In this document: in pieces, positions 9,850 through 19,425 of the stretch
How positions within the stretch are numbered: position 1 is the first letter of the stretch
Layout of the letters: each line of letters opens with the position of its first letter
Assembly (NCBI GenBank): GCA_012798755.1
Contig: JAAZMP010000098.1
Span: forward strand, 12,082-76,081
Length of the DNA stretch: 64,000 nucleotides
Origin: Bacillota bacterium
GTDB taxonomy: Bacteria; Bacillota; Dethiobacteria; DTU022; UBA8154
Direction: 5' to 3'
Translations under genes and position numbers: made by a program
Notes under the pieces: model-generated
Seen by the model: the letters and a program-made list of their open reading frames with translations, nothing else
What the model was told of the DNA's origin: nothing
Database searches by the model: none

Positions 9850-10977
9850 TTAACAAAGCACAAGGTTATCTCTATGTATTATCTCTGCACTATCCATGTA
9901 GCCTAAAATATCTTCAATTTCGGCAGATTTCCGTCCTGTAATTTGGGATAATTCCTTGGAGCCATAATTTACTAAGCCACGGGCAACTTCTTCTCCCTGG
10001 ACATTGCATATACTTACCATCTCGCCTTTGGAGAAACTCCCTTCAAAATTAATAATACCTGCCGGCAATAAGCTTTTTCCTTCCTCCAGGGCTGATTCAG
10101 CCCCAAGATCTATTTTAATAGTTCCTTTGCTTTTTTGTGCAAAAGCAATCCACCGCTTTCTACTGCGCAGGTGGCCCTGCTTTGAATAGAAAAAAGTCCC
10201 TATTTTTTCTCCTTCAAGAGTCCGTTTAATAATATTTTCCTGACGTCCATTGGCTATAACCATATCGATCCCGGAAGCCATGGCGATCTCAGCAGCTTCT
10301 ATTTTAGTAATCATGCCACCTTTAGCAAGCATTTCCTCTGTTTCTCCGGCATAATTTTTAATTTCAGGAGTGATTTCATCAACAAAGGAAATACAGGAAG
10401 CTTCAGGGTTGTAGCGGGGATCTGCCGTATAAAGGCCGTCAATATCGGTCAAGATCTGAAGCAGATCTGCATCAATGAGGGTGGCTACCAAAGCAGACAG
10501 CCGATCATTGTCCCCGAAAGCTATTTCTATTTCATCTGTAGAAACAGTATCGTTTTCATTAATAATTGGGATGACGCCGAATTTCAAAAGATGCAACAAG
10601 GTATTACGGGAATTTATATAACGTTTACGGTTATCAAAATCCTCCCAAGTCAGTAAAACCTGCGCTACTATGTGTCCGTACTCAGAAAACAGTTTTTCAT
10701 AAGTTTGGATCAGCAGTCCTTGTCCTACAGCAGCAAGAGCTTGTTTTTCCTGGGTGGAAGACGGCTTAGTTTTAAGGCCGAGCCTGCCAATTCCGGCTCC
10801 AATTGCCCCCGAAGAAACAAGAATAACGTCTTTGCCCTGGTTTTTAAGATCTGCTATTTGCCGGACGAGCTTTTCTATAATACCCAGGTTCAGCTTGCCT
10901 GTTTCATAAGTAAGCAAGCGTGTTCCTACCTTAACAACTATTTTCTGGATGTGTTCCGGTTTAAGTGGTCTTTTCAA
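9850..10977 (-). CDS. proB: Glutamate 5-kinase ProB (with C-terminal PUA domain)
   Basis: It has KIVVKVGTRLLT and the amino-acid kinase fold, plus a PUA region at the C-terminus. The TTG at 10977 is preceded by GGAGGAG at 6 nt, and that SD lies inside the longer track ORF. Confidence 0.9.
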   Translation of the reverse strand: MKRPLKPEHIQKIVVKVGTRLLTYETGKLNLGIIEKLVRQIADLKNQGKDVILVSSGAIGAGIGRLGLKTKPSSTQEKQALAAVGQGLLIQTYEKLFSEYGHIVAQVLLTWEDFDNRKRYINSRNTLLHLLKFGVIPIINENDTVSTDEIEIAFGDNDRLSALVATLIDADLLQILTDIDGLYTADPRYNPEASCISFVDEITPEIKNYAGETEEMLAKGGMITKIEAAEIAMASGIDMVIANGRQENIIKRTLEGEKIGTFFYSKQGHLRSRKRWIAFAQKSKGTIKIDLGAESALEEGKSLLPAGIINFEGSFSKGEMVSICNVQGEEVARGLVNYGSKELSQITGRKSAEIEDILGYMDSAEIIHRDNLVLC

Positions 10978-11041
10978 AAAGTTCTCCTCCAAAATGAATA
11001 TGCACAAAATTACAATTTTCTTTTTATATTAATCTCTTAAT

Positions 11042-11842
11042 TTATAAGTGAAGCATATTTTTTTCTTTTTGAGTAGCGCGGACAACTGCCTGAATCAATG
11101 AAGACCTTACAGAGCCTTCCTCCAAAGCAAAGAGACCGGCGCTGGTTGTCCCTCCCGGGGAGGTAATTTTGTTTTTTAGGACAGCGGGATGTTCTCCTGT
11201 CTTTATAAGCATTTTGGCCGCACCTAAAACTGTTTGGGCAGCTAAACTAAGAGCGGTATCACGATCGAGGCCCATTTCCACACCTCCATCAGCAAGCGCT
11301 TCGATAACCAAAAATACATAGGCCGGTCCGCTGCCGCTTAATCCGGTTACGGCACTCATATGCTTTTCCTGAAGAGAAATAACTTTTCCAAGGGATCCTA
11401 TCAGATCCATGATTTCCTTCTCTTCTTTTTCGGATACTTCCCCGCTGCTGCAAAGAACGCTCATACCTTCACCGATAAGACAAGGCGTATTAGGCATTAC
11501 TCGGATAATCTTTGCTGAAGCTGTTAAGTTTTCTTGAAAGAAACCGATGCTAAGGCCGGCTGCAACAGAAATAAGAAGATTCTCGGAGTTTAGCGATGAT
11601 TTAATTTCCCGGAGTAAGTTTTTCATATCCTGGGGTTTTACAGCAAGAAATATTTTTTGAGCTTGTTGACAAAGGGAGGGTGCATCCGCAGCAATTTTTA
11701 TCTGCAAATTTTTTTTCAAAAGATGCAGTTTGTCAAAATCCTGATCAAAAGCGATGATTTTTTCGGGAGCAACAAGCTTCTTTTTTATTATACCTTCAAG
11801 CAAGGCGCCACCCATAGTCCCGCACCCAATAAAACCTAGCAT
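11042..11842 (-). CDS. proC: Pyrroline-5-carboxylate reductase ProC
   Basis: It has a Rossmann GFIGCGTMG motif and the C-terminal SPGGTT motif. The ATG at 11842 is preceded by AAAGGTGG at 8 nt. Confidence 0.9.
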   Translation of the reverse strand: MLGFIGCGTMGGALLEGIIKKKLVAPEKIIAFDQDFDKLHLLKKNLQIKIAADAPSLCQQAQKIFLAVKPQDMKNLLREIKSSLNSENLLISVAAGLSIGFFQENLTASAKIIRVMPNTPCLIGEGMSVLCSSGEVSEKEEKEIMDLIGSLGKVISLQEKHMSAVTGLSGSGPAYVFLVIEALADGGVEMGLDRDTALSLAAQTVLGAAKMLIKTGEHPAVLKNKITSPGGTTSAGLFALEEGSVRSSLIQAVVRATQKEKNMLHL

Positions 11843-11981
11843 ATTTCCCGCCACCTTTAAGAATTGTACCCTTATATTTTATTACAAAGGATAATGCATT
11901 GCAAGTTGCAGAACTAAAAAAATAAAAAAACCAAGGCTAATGCATATGATGATAAGAATTATTTAAGCTGTAAAAAGGCAT

Positions 11982-13541
11982 TTAGTCAACATTTTTGTAC
12001 CTGTTAAATTTTCTATCTCTTTCGCTTTTTTCACCAAGCTTTTGTTCACGCGGAGGCATTGCCGGCAGTATTACATAAAATGTACTCCCTTTACCAAGTT
12101 CGCTTTTTACTTTTACTTCACCGTGATGACGGCTGACAAGCCCACGCACTATGGCCAGCCCCAGGCCTTTTCCCTGCTGCGCTCTGTTACGCGCTTTATC
12201 CGTTTTATGAAATCGTTCCCATATATAGGGTATTTCTTCCGTAGGGATGCCGACACCGTGATCTTTGACAGTAAAAACTATCTTTCCGTTATCCTTATCC
12301 AACCAATTTTTTAATACCACCTTGCCCCCTTCGGGGCTATAGGTAATTGCATTTTCCAATAGGTTAACCAAAACCCTGTAAAGCTTGTCGCTATCACCCC
12401 AAATTCCCGGCATGTTATCGTCGTAGTCATACTTCAACCTTATTTTTTTTTCGTGTGCCTTGGGAAAAACTATATCGAGAGCCCTTTTAGCCACGCGATA
12501 TGGCGATACTTCTTCCCATCTAAACTTAATATGGCCGCTTTCAATATTGGCAAACTCCATCAAATCATCAACCAGACGGTTTAGATGCAACGTGTTATTT
12601 AAGATAATTTTAAGATATTTTTCTTTTTCTTCTTCACGGACAAAACCTTCCAGTATTGCATCCACAAAACCTTGGATAGAAGTCAGTGGGGCCCGAAAAT
12701 CATGAGAAACATTAGCTACCAAATTTCGCTGCATTTTTTGTAAGCGTTTTTGTTGTTGTACGGTTTTATCTACTTCTTCTACTGCTTGGTTAAAAGTTGC
12801 CGCCAGCTGCCCCAGTTCTCCACTATCATTTATTTTTATGCGGCTGCGGAAATCTCCTTTTACCATTTCTTTGGCAGCCCTGGTCATAGCTCGCAAGGGG
12901 TTGGAAATTTTCCTTGCCAGTGAAAATGCAAGTAACCCGGCGACAATGGCAGCAAAGAAAAAAGAATATAAAACCAGGCGGCTGATTTGTGCTACCGTTG
13001 CTTTAATAGAAGTTAACGGAGCACTGACTATAATAGCCCCAATAACTTCGGGCATTGCCGAATCAACTTCCATGTTTTCATCCGAAATTTCTGTAGAACC
13101 TTTGAAAATTGGCATGGCTACAAGTTGCCGCTGCAGCACGGGTCCATATATTTTTTTTGACAGGCTGTCTCCCTGAAGAATAAATTCAATTTCATTGGGT
13201 TCCAAATCAATGCCCCGTCCAACACTTCCTTCTTGCGGCATAGTAATAACTACATCGTTATTCTGATCATCAATTATGCGAATTTTTGTATCCATGGAAT
13301 GCGAAAGAGTCTGCGACATTTTCCTGACTTCTTCATAATCGCCTATTTTAAATTCTGCGGCCAGCATTTCCGCTATTTTTTCCACCTGGCTGGTGATCTC
13401 CCATTCATGGGCACTGGAAAAATATTTTTCAACAAGGTAAGAAAAATAAATACCAATTGACAGCAAAGTAATAAGAATAACGATGAGGTGTGCTACCAGT
13501 AGTTTCCCAAAAAGACTTTGCGGATGCCACTTAAACTTCAT
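11982..13541 (-). CDS. Sensor histidine kinase (2 TM helices, HAMP, HisKA, HATPase_c)
   Basis: It has the H-box VSHDFRAPLTSI, the N-box LLENAITYS, and the G-boxes DHGVGI and GKGLGLAIV. Its ATG overlaps the response regulator stop (ATGA). Confidence 0.9.
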   Translation of the reverse strand: MKFKWHPQSLFGKLLVAHLIVILITLLSIGIYFSYLVEKYFSSAHEWEITSQVEKIAEMLAAEFKIGDYEEVRKMSQTLSHSMDTKIRIIDDQNNDVVITMPQEGSVGRGIDLEPNEIEFILQGDSLSKKIYGPVLQRQLVAMPIFKGSTEISDENMEVDSAMPEVIGAIIVSAPLTSIKATVAQISRLVLYSFFFAAIVAGLLAFSLARKISNPLRAMTRAAKEMVKGDFRSRIKINDSGELGQLAATFNQAVEEVDKTVQQQKRLQKMQRNLVANVSHDFRAPLTSIQGFVDAILEGFVREEEKEKYLKIILNNTLHLNRLVDDLMEFANIESGHIKFRWEEVSPYRVAKRALDIVFPKAHEKKIRLKYDYDDNMPGIWGDSDKLYRVLVNLLENAITYSPEGGKVVLKNWLDKDNGKIVFTVKDHGVGIPTEEIPYIWERFHKTDKARNRAQQGKGLGLAIVRGLVSRHHGEVKVKSELGKGSTFYVILPAMPPREQKLGEKSERDRKFNRYKNVD

Positions 13542-14242
13542 CTCTTTTTCACCTCGAATTTGTAACCTACTCCCCAGACGGTCTGAATAAAAGTGTTTTC
13601 AGAATCAGCCGCGGAAAGCTTTTGTCTGATTCTTTTGACATGTTCATCGACAGTCCTTGTACTTCCAAGATAGTCATATTCCCAGACTTGTTGTAATAAT
13701 TGTTCACGGTTTAAGGCACGTCCGGCATTGCGGGCTAGAATAGCCAACAATTCAAATTCCTTAGGGGTTAATACAACTTGATTATTATTCACAATTACTT
13801 TGTAGCTATCAGGATAAATCATAAGACTCCCAAATTGCAATATTTTATCTGGCCGGTTGTAGTTAGTACTGCGTCTTAACAATGCATTAACCCTGGCTAA
13901 AAATTCTCTTGGCCGGAAAGGTTTTGTTATGTAATCGTCGGCCCCAATTTGAAAACCCAAAACTTTATCTTCTTCTTCGCCCTTGGCGGTCAACATGATA
14001 ATGGGAATACTACGGGTGGCGGAATTTTGTCGTAATCGGCGGCAGATTTCCCAACCATCCAGCTTGGGCAGCATCAAGTCAAGAATGATCAAATTGTAGT
14101 GTTTTTTGAGGGCTTTCCGTAATCCCTCTCTTCCTTCGTAAGCAACATCTACATCGAAGTCTTCAGCTCTTAGAACAATGCGAACAAGTTCGCATATGTC
14201 ATTGTCATCTTCAATTACAAGGGCTTGGCGTTTATATTCCAG
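13538..14242 (-). CDS. OmpR/PhoB-family response regulator with an apparent CTG initiation codon
   Basis: The track ORF begins at MIILDLMLP, in the middle of the receiver domain. The frame stays open upstream to a TAA and encodes (L/M)EYKRQALVIEDDNDICELVRIVLRAEDFDVDVAYEGREGLRKALKKHYN. That stretch has no ATG, GTG or TTG. A CTG at 14242 lies 8 nt after GGAGGG. Confidence 0.8.
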   Translation of the reverse strand: MEYKRQALVIEDDNDICELVRIVLRAEDFDVDVAYEGREGLRKALKKHYNLIILDLMLPKLDGWEICRRLRQNSATRSIPIIMLTAKGEEEDKVLGFQIGADDYITKPFRPREFLARVNALLRRSTNYNRPDKILQFGSLMIYPDSYKVIVNNNQVVLTPKEFELLAILARNAGRALNREQLLQQVWEYDYLGSTRTVDEHVKRIRQKLSAADSENTFIQTVWGVGYKFEVKKR

Positions 14243-14258
14243 GGCTTAATCCCTCCTT

Positions 14259-14280
14259 TTATAATTGTGTTATAATTGTG
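14259..14280. repeat. Perfect 2 x 11-bp direct repeat just upstream of the response regulator SD
   Basis: The plus strand reads TTATAATTGTG twice. On the minus strand this is CACAATTATAA CACAATTATAA followed by AAGGAGGG. Confidence 0.9.
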
Positions 14281-14296
14281 GCTTAATATATGTTTC

Positions 14297-14336
14297 GAAA
14301 AATATCTGCCATAACCTTTGGAAGTTTATGGCAGAT
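14297..14336 (-). terminator. Terminator downstream of the 367-aa membrane protein gene
   Basis: ATCTGCCATAA-N11-TTATGGCAGAT is an 11-bp perfect stem, followed on the minus strand by ATTTTTCG. Confidence 0.5.
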
Positions 14337-14497
14337 ACTGTTTTAATATTTTTACTATTGTTTAAAAAAAACATAAGCAATATATGAAAGGCGGCGGAAA
14401 ACGAAGATTATGGCATATAATAAGAGAAAGATTGTTGTTGCCGATTTTCATTGTTAAAAACATGTATTTTCGGAATAGATGAGCAGTTGCTGCTTTC

Positions 14498-15601
14498 TTA
14501 TTTATCCAACCTTGCTCCGGCTTCTCCGGGATAGGTTAAGTTTTGGCTTAGAGTATGCATCCACTTTCCGATTGGTAGCAGCAAGTTATGCCAACTTGCC
14601 AAAAAAATCGTATCAAATATGTTATAAACCGATAAGGAACTGTTGCGCCGCAAAATAGCAGCGGTTATGGCCCCTGTCACTACAATTCCGGCAAACATTA
14701 ATGCACCCGCTGAGGTCATGTTCCCCAGTAAACCCATAAAATAAAAAGGTAGGAAAAATATCACATAGTGAAAAACAAAAATAAATAAAGCATCTTGGCC
14801 AATTAAAGTAAAATACCGAAACAGTAAAGATTTTTGGAAAAAGCCAAAGTTGAAAATTCCCAGTAAAAAAAAGCTTAATCCCATTCCCAAAAGCAGGAAG
14901 GGTATTGATGCTCCATAACGTACAATGGAAATACCGTTTTCATTCAAAAGTAAGGCAATAACCACCAAACCTATTCCCAGCCCAAGACAACCCCAAGAAA
15001 AAAAACGTGAACGGAGATAGGGGGCAAAATAAAAACCGACAGCATTAACAAGCAATATCGCAAATAAAGGAAATTGCCCAGCAAGAATTTTTCCCCAAAA
15101 CAGTGATAATTGGCTTTGTGAAAGAAGCAGGTGCAACAACAGTGCCAGCAGCATAATGCTTGGAAACAAAGAACGCAAAAAATTTAAATCATGCTTTCTG
15201 ACCGCGGAGAGAACAAACCATACAAGTATGAAAAGGCTGACAGCCTGGGCCTGTAACACTCCCCATGAAAGAGACATAAACACACCTATTAAAAACAGCT
15301 TGCCCAGACGGATGGAATATTCTTTGCGCAGCTCTTGCGGATCTGTATTTCTATTCAAACGGCTTTCACAGGAAAAATACAAAGCAAGCCCTGCTGCCAA
15401 ATAAAACATGGGGGTAGCAATATCGCCTGGTGTATGGCCGAATATTCCAAGTATTTTTACAGGGTTGCTCTCATAGACCCAGCGCAAACCGTGGCTAAAA
15501 ACCATTAGCAACACAGCCAGTCCCCTGAGTGCATCTATTTCTTTAAAGCGTTTGCTTTTAACTGTGTACTGCTTATCTTCAGTATTACTTAAATACTCCA
15601 T
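14498..15601 (-). CDS. Polytopic membrane protein, acyltransferase-3 / DUF1624-like
   Basis: It has about 10 TM helices and an N-terminal EIDALRGLAVLLMVFSHG motif typical of membrane O-/N-acetyltransferases. The family assignment is from memory only. Confidence 0.55.
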   Translation of the reverse strand: MEYLSNTEDKQYTVKSKRFKEIDALRGLAVLLMVFSHGLRWVYESNPVKILGIFGHTPGDIATPMFYLAAGLALYFSCESRLNRNTDPQELRKEYSIRLGKLFLIGVFMSLSWGVLQAQAVSLFILVWFVLSAVRKHDLNFLRSLFPSIMLLALLLHLLLSQSQLSLFWGKILAGQFPLFAILLVNAVGFYFAPYLRSRFFSWGCLGLGIGLVVIALLLNENGISIVRYGASIPFLLLGMGLSFFLLGIFNFGFFQKSLLFRYFTLIGQDALFIFVFHYVIFFLPFYFMGLLGNMTSAGALMFAGIVVTGAITAAILRRNSSLSVYNIFDTIFLASWHNLLLPIGKWMHTLSQNLTYPGEAGARLDK

Positions 15602-15708
15602 TTTATAATCCCCAGTCTGTTGGTTTAGTCTTTAATCCATTTACAGGATATCAAACAAATGCAAAATCGATATAAACAAATAGTAAACAAATTGTCAACT
15701 TTTTCCCC

Positions 15709-15748
15709 TAAAAAAACCCGATAACTAAACCTGGCTTGTTATCTGGGT
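15709..15748 (-). terminator. Second terminator downstream of tRNA-Trp
   Basis: The minus strand reads ACCCAGATAAC-N12-GTTATCGGGT followed by TTTTTTT. Confidence 0.55.
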
Positions 15749-15765
15749 TAATTGAAAGTCCTCTT

Positions 15766-15808
15766 AAAAAGCATAGTGGCCGTGAATATCACAATTCACG
15801 GCCACTAT
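15766..15808 (-). terminator. Terminator immediately after tRNA-Trp
   Basis: ATAGTGGCCGTGAAT-ATCACA-ATTCACGGCCACTAT is a 15-bp perfect stem, followed on the minus strand by GCTTTTT. Confidence 0.65.
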
Positions 15809-15811
15809 GTA

Positions 15812-15887
<76 letters not shown>

Positions 15888-15898
15888 ATACTAAAATT

Positions 15899-15927
15899 AT
15901 TTTAACTCAACAAGCTTTTTTTGTCAA
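15899..15927 (-). promoter_or_regulatory. Sigma-A type promoter for tRNA-Trp
   Basis: The minus strand reads TTGACA, a 17-nt spacer, then TAAAAT. The -10 ends about 11 nt before the mature tRNA 5' end. Confidence 0.7.
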
Positions 15928-16007
15928 GGCAATGCAACGAAGCCCATGATACAGGCTATCGGTCAAAAATAAATGTATTTCTCCTGTCATCTTTTTAAAG
16001 TGATGGT

Positions 16008-16856
16008 TTAATCCTCTACAAATACAGTATTGGCCGTATGGATGAGATAGTTTTCTTTAAAGGCCTGAAAAAGTGTACAGCTTGCTTTGAATCCTGTACA
16101 ATGACAAGGAGCTAATTTTTGTATGTCAAAACTTTTAAGTTCCCTTACTGTATAATCAAGGCGTTTTGCAGAAGCATTTACGAGGTGCATACCACCATAG
16201 CATGCATATATTTTACTTTTACCCGTAAGTTTGCTGGCATAACGTAAAGTATTAATTAGACCTGCATGAGCACAGCCTAGTAGAACAATCGTTCCCGAAG
16301 AACCTTCCAGGATTATAGCCTGATCATCTCTAAGAATATCTTCTGCAAAGCTACCATCAGGGTTTTTATAAAATAAATCCCCCTTTTCCCCTTCCTCACT
16401 TTCAATTCGTGGGATCTCACCTGTGATTATTACACCTTTTTCAATTTCTTGGGGATCCCGGGTAAGGTGAAATTTTGCTCCCAGGCTTTCCAGTTCTTCT
16501 TTTGGCCAAGGAATGCCAATCTTTCTTGGTTCCTTGCCCTTTTGCAGGTGATACTTATTTTGAAAAACATCGGGATGTGCATATACTGGCGTAGGTCCTG
16601 TTATTTGTAATAAATCTTTTAATCCCCCGGTATGATCGTAATGGCCATGGCTTAAGACCACTTTATCAATTTTTGCTAGATCAATATTTAATGTTTTGGC
16701 GTTTTGTAATAAAGTAAAACCTGCACCGGTATCAAAGAGAATTTTTTTGTTGCCTATCTCTAACAACATGGATAGGCCATGCTCACCCAGTACGCCATCA
16801 CTTGGATAAGGCGCGCTGTTTTCACATAAGGTTGTTATTTTAATCTTAGATAGCAT
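16008..16856 (-). CDS. MBL-fold metallo-hydrolase
   Basis: It has the HxHxDH motif (LSHGHYDHTGG) with downstream His/Asp ligands. No substrate can be inferred. Confidence 0.8.
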   Translation of the reverse strand: MLSKIKITTLCENSAPYPSDGVLGEHGLSMLLEIGNKKILFDTGAGFTLLQNAKTLNIDLAKIDKVVLSHGHYDHTGGLKDLLQITGPTPVYAHPDVFQNKYHLQKGKEPRKIGIPWPKEELESLGAKFHLTRDPQEIEKGVIITGEIPRIESEEGEKGDLFYKNPDGSFAEDILRDDQAIILEGSSGTIVLLGCAHAGLINTLRYASKLTGKSKIYACYGGMHLVNASAKRLDYTVRELKSFDIQKLAPCHCTGFKASCTLFQAFKENYLIHTANTVFVED

Positions 16857-16938
16857 GGTTGAAACCCTCCGTTTCTTGATATTTTTTAGATTATGAAAGC
16901 AGGTCTTTGTTTTAAGTGTGTATGGTTGATTTCTTTGG

Positions 16939-16978
16939 AAAAAATTAAGCGGCCTAAATAAAAGGCCGCTTAATTTTC
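16939..16978. terminator. Bidirectional terminator downstream of codY
   Basis: TTAAGCGGCC-N9-GGCCGCTTAA is flanked by an A-run and a T-run. Confidence 0.65.
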
Positions 16979-17104
16979 AGTTATATGATAAAAACACGTT
17001 TCACTTCTCATAATTACCTCTATAGACCTTTTTCCATTTTATGGTGAGATAAAAATTATTTCGAAGTTAAATCAATTTTCCGTTAGCATAACCTGAAACA
17101 GGAA

Positions 17105-17920
17105 TTATTTTAACCAAGGCAAACCAGTCTTTCTGCTTTCATTTTTTTCAAGATAATCATATAGATAAGGATTTAAAACCCTGATATACGTTCCCTTCAT
17201 CCCTAGCGAACGTGATTCAATTATTCCTGCACTTTCAAACTTTCGTAGCGCGTTAACAATCACTGAACGGGTAATGCCTAATCGGTCTGCTATCTTGCTG
17301 GCAACAAGTAGCCCTTCATCGCTGTTTAGCTCTTTGAAAATTTGCTCTATGGCTTCCAGTTCAGAGTATGAAAGAATACTCATAGCCAATTCAACGACTG
17401 CTTGATTGCGCGCTTTTTCTTCCGCTTCTTCTGCTTTAAGCCGCATTATTTCCATTCCGATTACAGTAGCGCCTCTTTCAGCAAGGATTAAATCCTCCTC
17501 TACGAAAGCTTCACCAAAACGGGCTATGACTATGGTGCCGAGACGTTCGCCACTGCCAATTATAGGAACTATTGAAATGTTTTTTTCGGCAAAAATACAT
17601 TTTTCTTCTTCTACATAAACACAGTTGGGTTTTCTATGTTTAAGATTGTCCCTTAGTTCATCACTTTTTAAAAGAAAATCGTTATATCTTTTTGGAAAAC
17701 GGCCTTTTTCCAACACTTCACTGATCATGAGACCACATTCAAATTCATCTACCAAGGAGTACCCAAGGATTTTGCCTTCATCATCCGTTACAGTGATATT
17801 GGCATGAATAATATCCTTTAAGGCTTCAGAAATTTCTTTGTAGTCAACATACTGCCCTACAGAATTCTGCAAAAGTTTATTAATGAGCCGTGTTTTTTCC
17901 AATATGGACAATGTAACCAT
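17105..17920 (-). CDS. codY: GTP/BCAA-sensing global repressor CodY
   Basis: It has a GAF-like N-domain and a C-terminal wHTH (ASKIADRLGITRSVIVNALRKFESAGIIESRSLGMKGTYI). The ATG at 17920 is preceded by GGAAGGTG. The longer track ORF has no SD. Confidence 0.9.
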   Translation of the reverse strand: MVTLSILEKTRLINKLLQNSVGQYVDYKEISEALKDIIHANITVTDDEGKILGYSLVDEFECGLMISEVLEKGRFPKRYNDFLLKSDELRDNLKHRKPNCVYVEEEKCIFAEKNISIVPIIGSGERLGTIVIARFGEAFVEEDLILAERGATVIGMEIMRLKAEEAEEKARNQAVVELAMSILSYSELEAIEQIFKELNSDEGLLVASKIADRLGITRSVIVNALRKFESAGIIESRSLGMKGTYIRVLNPYLYDYLEKNESRKTGLPWLK

Positions 17921-18130
17921 TTTTTTCACCTTCCTTGTTGTTTGTTCATTCACATACCGATAGGCCTTTTTATAATGCTTTCGTAAAAAGGCCGTGCTAA
18001 CGGAACCGTGTTTAATTGAAAGCACTTTCGAAATTGTGCTTACCTCTTATATTTATTATAATCCTCTGCCGCCCAAACATCAACTATAAAAATCTTCAAG
18101 CAAATTAAAACATGCTTTCCTATGTAGAAA

Positions 18131-18170
18131 AACAAATATAAAACCCCGTTTTACCGAGCCGACGGGGTTT
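18131..18170 (-). terminator. Terminator after the VWA gene
   Basis: AAACCCCGT-N12-ACGGGGTTT is followed on the minus strand by TATATTTGTT. Confidence 0.6.
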
Positions 18171-18209
18171 TAATATGGTGATTTGATTATAATTTTTCAT
18201 AATCCCAGG

Positions 18210-19406
18210 TTATTTTTTTACCTTGAGCTTTTTGATGGCATTATCTATTCCTTCCAGTGTAAGCTCATACATGGGTATTATATCTTTAATTATAGCTATA
18301 GTATATGCACCCGCTGTCCAGTGCCAATATTCATCAGGGATTGGGTTTAACCAGGTTATATGGTTAAAATGGGAGGCAATGCGTTGCAACCACACGATAC
18401 CCGGTTCATTGTTGCTCATGCTCCAATCAATAGCGCCTCCAACCATGGTTAATTCACTGGGTGCCATACTGGCATCCCCTACGATGACCACTTTGTATTC
18501 GGGACCGATATTTCGTAAAAATTCTTCTGTTTTAAGGGAATTGCTCAAGCGGCAGGCCGGATCAAGAAATATGTGTTCGTATATGCAGTTATGGAAATAA
18601 AAAAATTTTAAGTCTTTAAAATGTGTGGCTTTGTTTACGGCACTGAATAGTTGACTGCAAATACGGGTATGCGGGATCATAGATCCACCCGAATCCATGA
18701 TCAAAAGTAACTTTACGGTATTTTTCCTGCCCCTGGACCATACCAGTTCCAATAGTCCGCCCTTATCAGCGGTGGATTCGATGGTTTTATCAATATCAAG
18801 TTCATCTTTTGGCCCTTCATTTTTACTGCTTAGCTGTCTTAATTTGCGCAGGGCCACTTCAAATTGCCGCACTCCAATTGTTTCATCGGCACGAAAGCCT
18901 TTAAAATTCCTTTCAGCTGCTACCTTTACCGCGGACTTGTTTACGGATTGGCCACCGAGGCGTACACCGGCGGGGTGATAACCCGAATGACCAAAGGGAG
19001 ATGTGCCTCCTGTTCCTATCCATTTGCCGCCGCCGTGATGCTGCCCTTTTTGTTCTTTAAGCCTTTCTTCCAACTGCTGTCGCAGTTCATCAAGATCCCA
19101 TTCTTGAAAAAGCTTACGTTCTTCAGGGGAAATACGTAGCGGAGGCAGCGCATTTTCTAACCATTTGAGTGCACGTTCCGCCAGTTCATCGGAAGTTTCC
19201 ACTCCCTTAAAACAATGATGAAACGCTTGGTCGTACCTATCATACTGGGTTTCGCTTTTAACCAACACAGCACGTGCCAGACAATAAAAACCGTATAAGC
19301 TGGAAAATGCTAGACCCTGGCTTAATGCTTCCATCAAGACCATCCATTCTGTAATAGAAACAGGAACGCCATAACTTCTAAGTAAATAGAAAAAATGAAT
19401 AAACAT
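18210..19406 (-). CDS. VWA domain protein, CoxE-like partner of the upstream AAA+ ATPase
   Basis: The N-terminus is FFYLLRSYGVPVSITEWMVLMEAL. The C-terminal VWA domain has a MIDAS-like DSGGS (LLLIMDSGGSM). Confidence 0.8.
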   Translation of the reverse strand: MFIHFFYLLRSYGVPVSITEWMVLMEALSQGLAFSSLYGFYCLARAVLVKSETQYDRYDQAFHHCFKGVETSDELAERALKWLENALPPLRISPEERKLFQEWDLDELRQQLEERLKEQKGQHHGGGKWIGTGGTSPFGHSGYHPAGVRLGGQSVNKSAVKVAAERNFKGFRADETIGVRQFEVALRKLRQLSSKNEGPKDELDIDKTIESTADKGGLLELVWSRGRKNTVKLLLIMDSGGSMIPHTRICSQLFSAVNKATHFKDLKFFYFHNCIYEHIFLDPACRLSNSLKTEEFLRNIGPEYKVVIVGDASMAPSELTMVGGAIDWSMSNNEPGIVWLQRIASHFNHITWLNPIPDEYWHWTAGAYTIAIIKDIIPMYELTLEGIDNAIKKLKVKK

Positions 19407-19425
19407 GCAAAATCACTCCGGCCGG

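Noticed and set aside
18011-18041. CodY-box-like palindrome (AATTGAAAGCACTTTCGAAATT) and AAGCAC/GTGCTT hairpin upstream of codY
   Set aside because: It lacks the central base and several positions of the AATTTTCWGAAAATT consensus. It could equally be a small leader hairpin, so it is not strong enough to call autoregulation.
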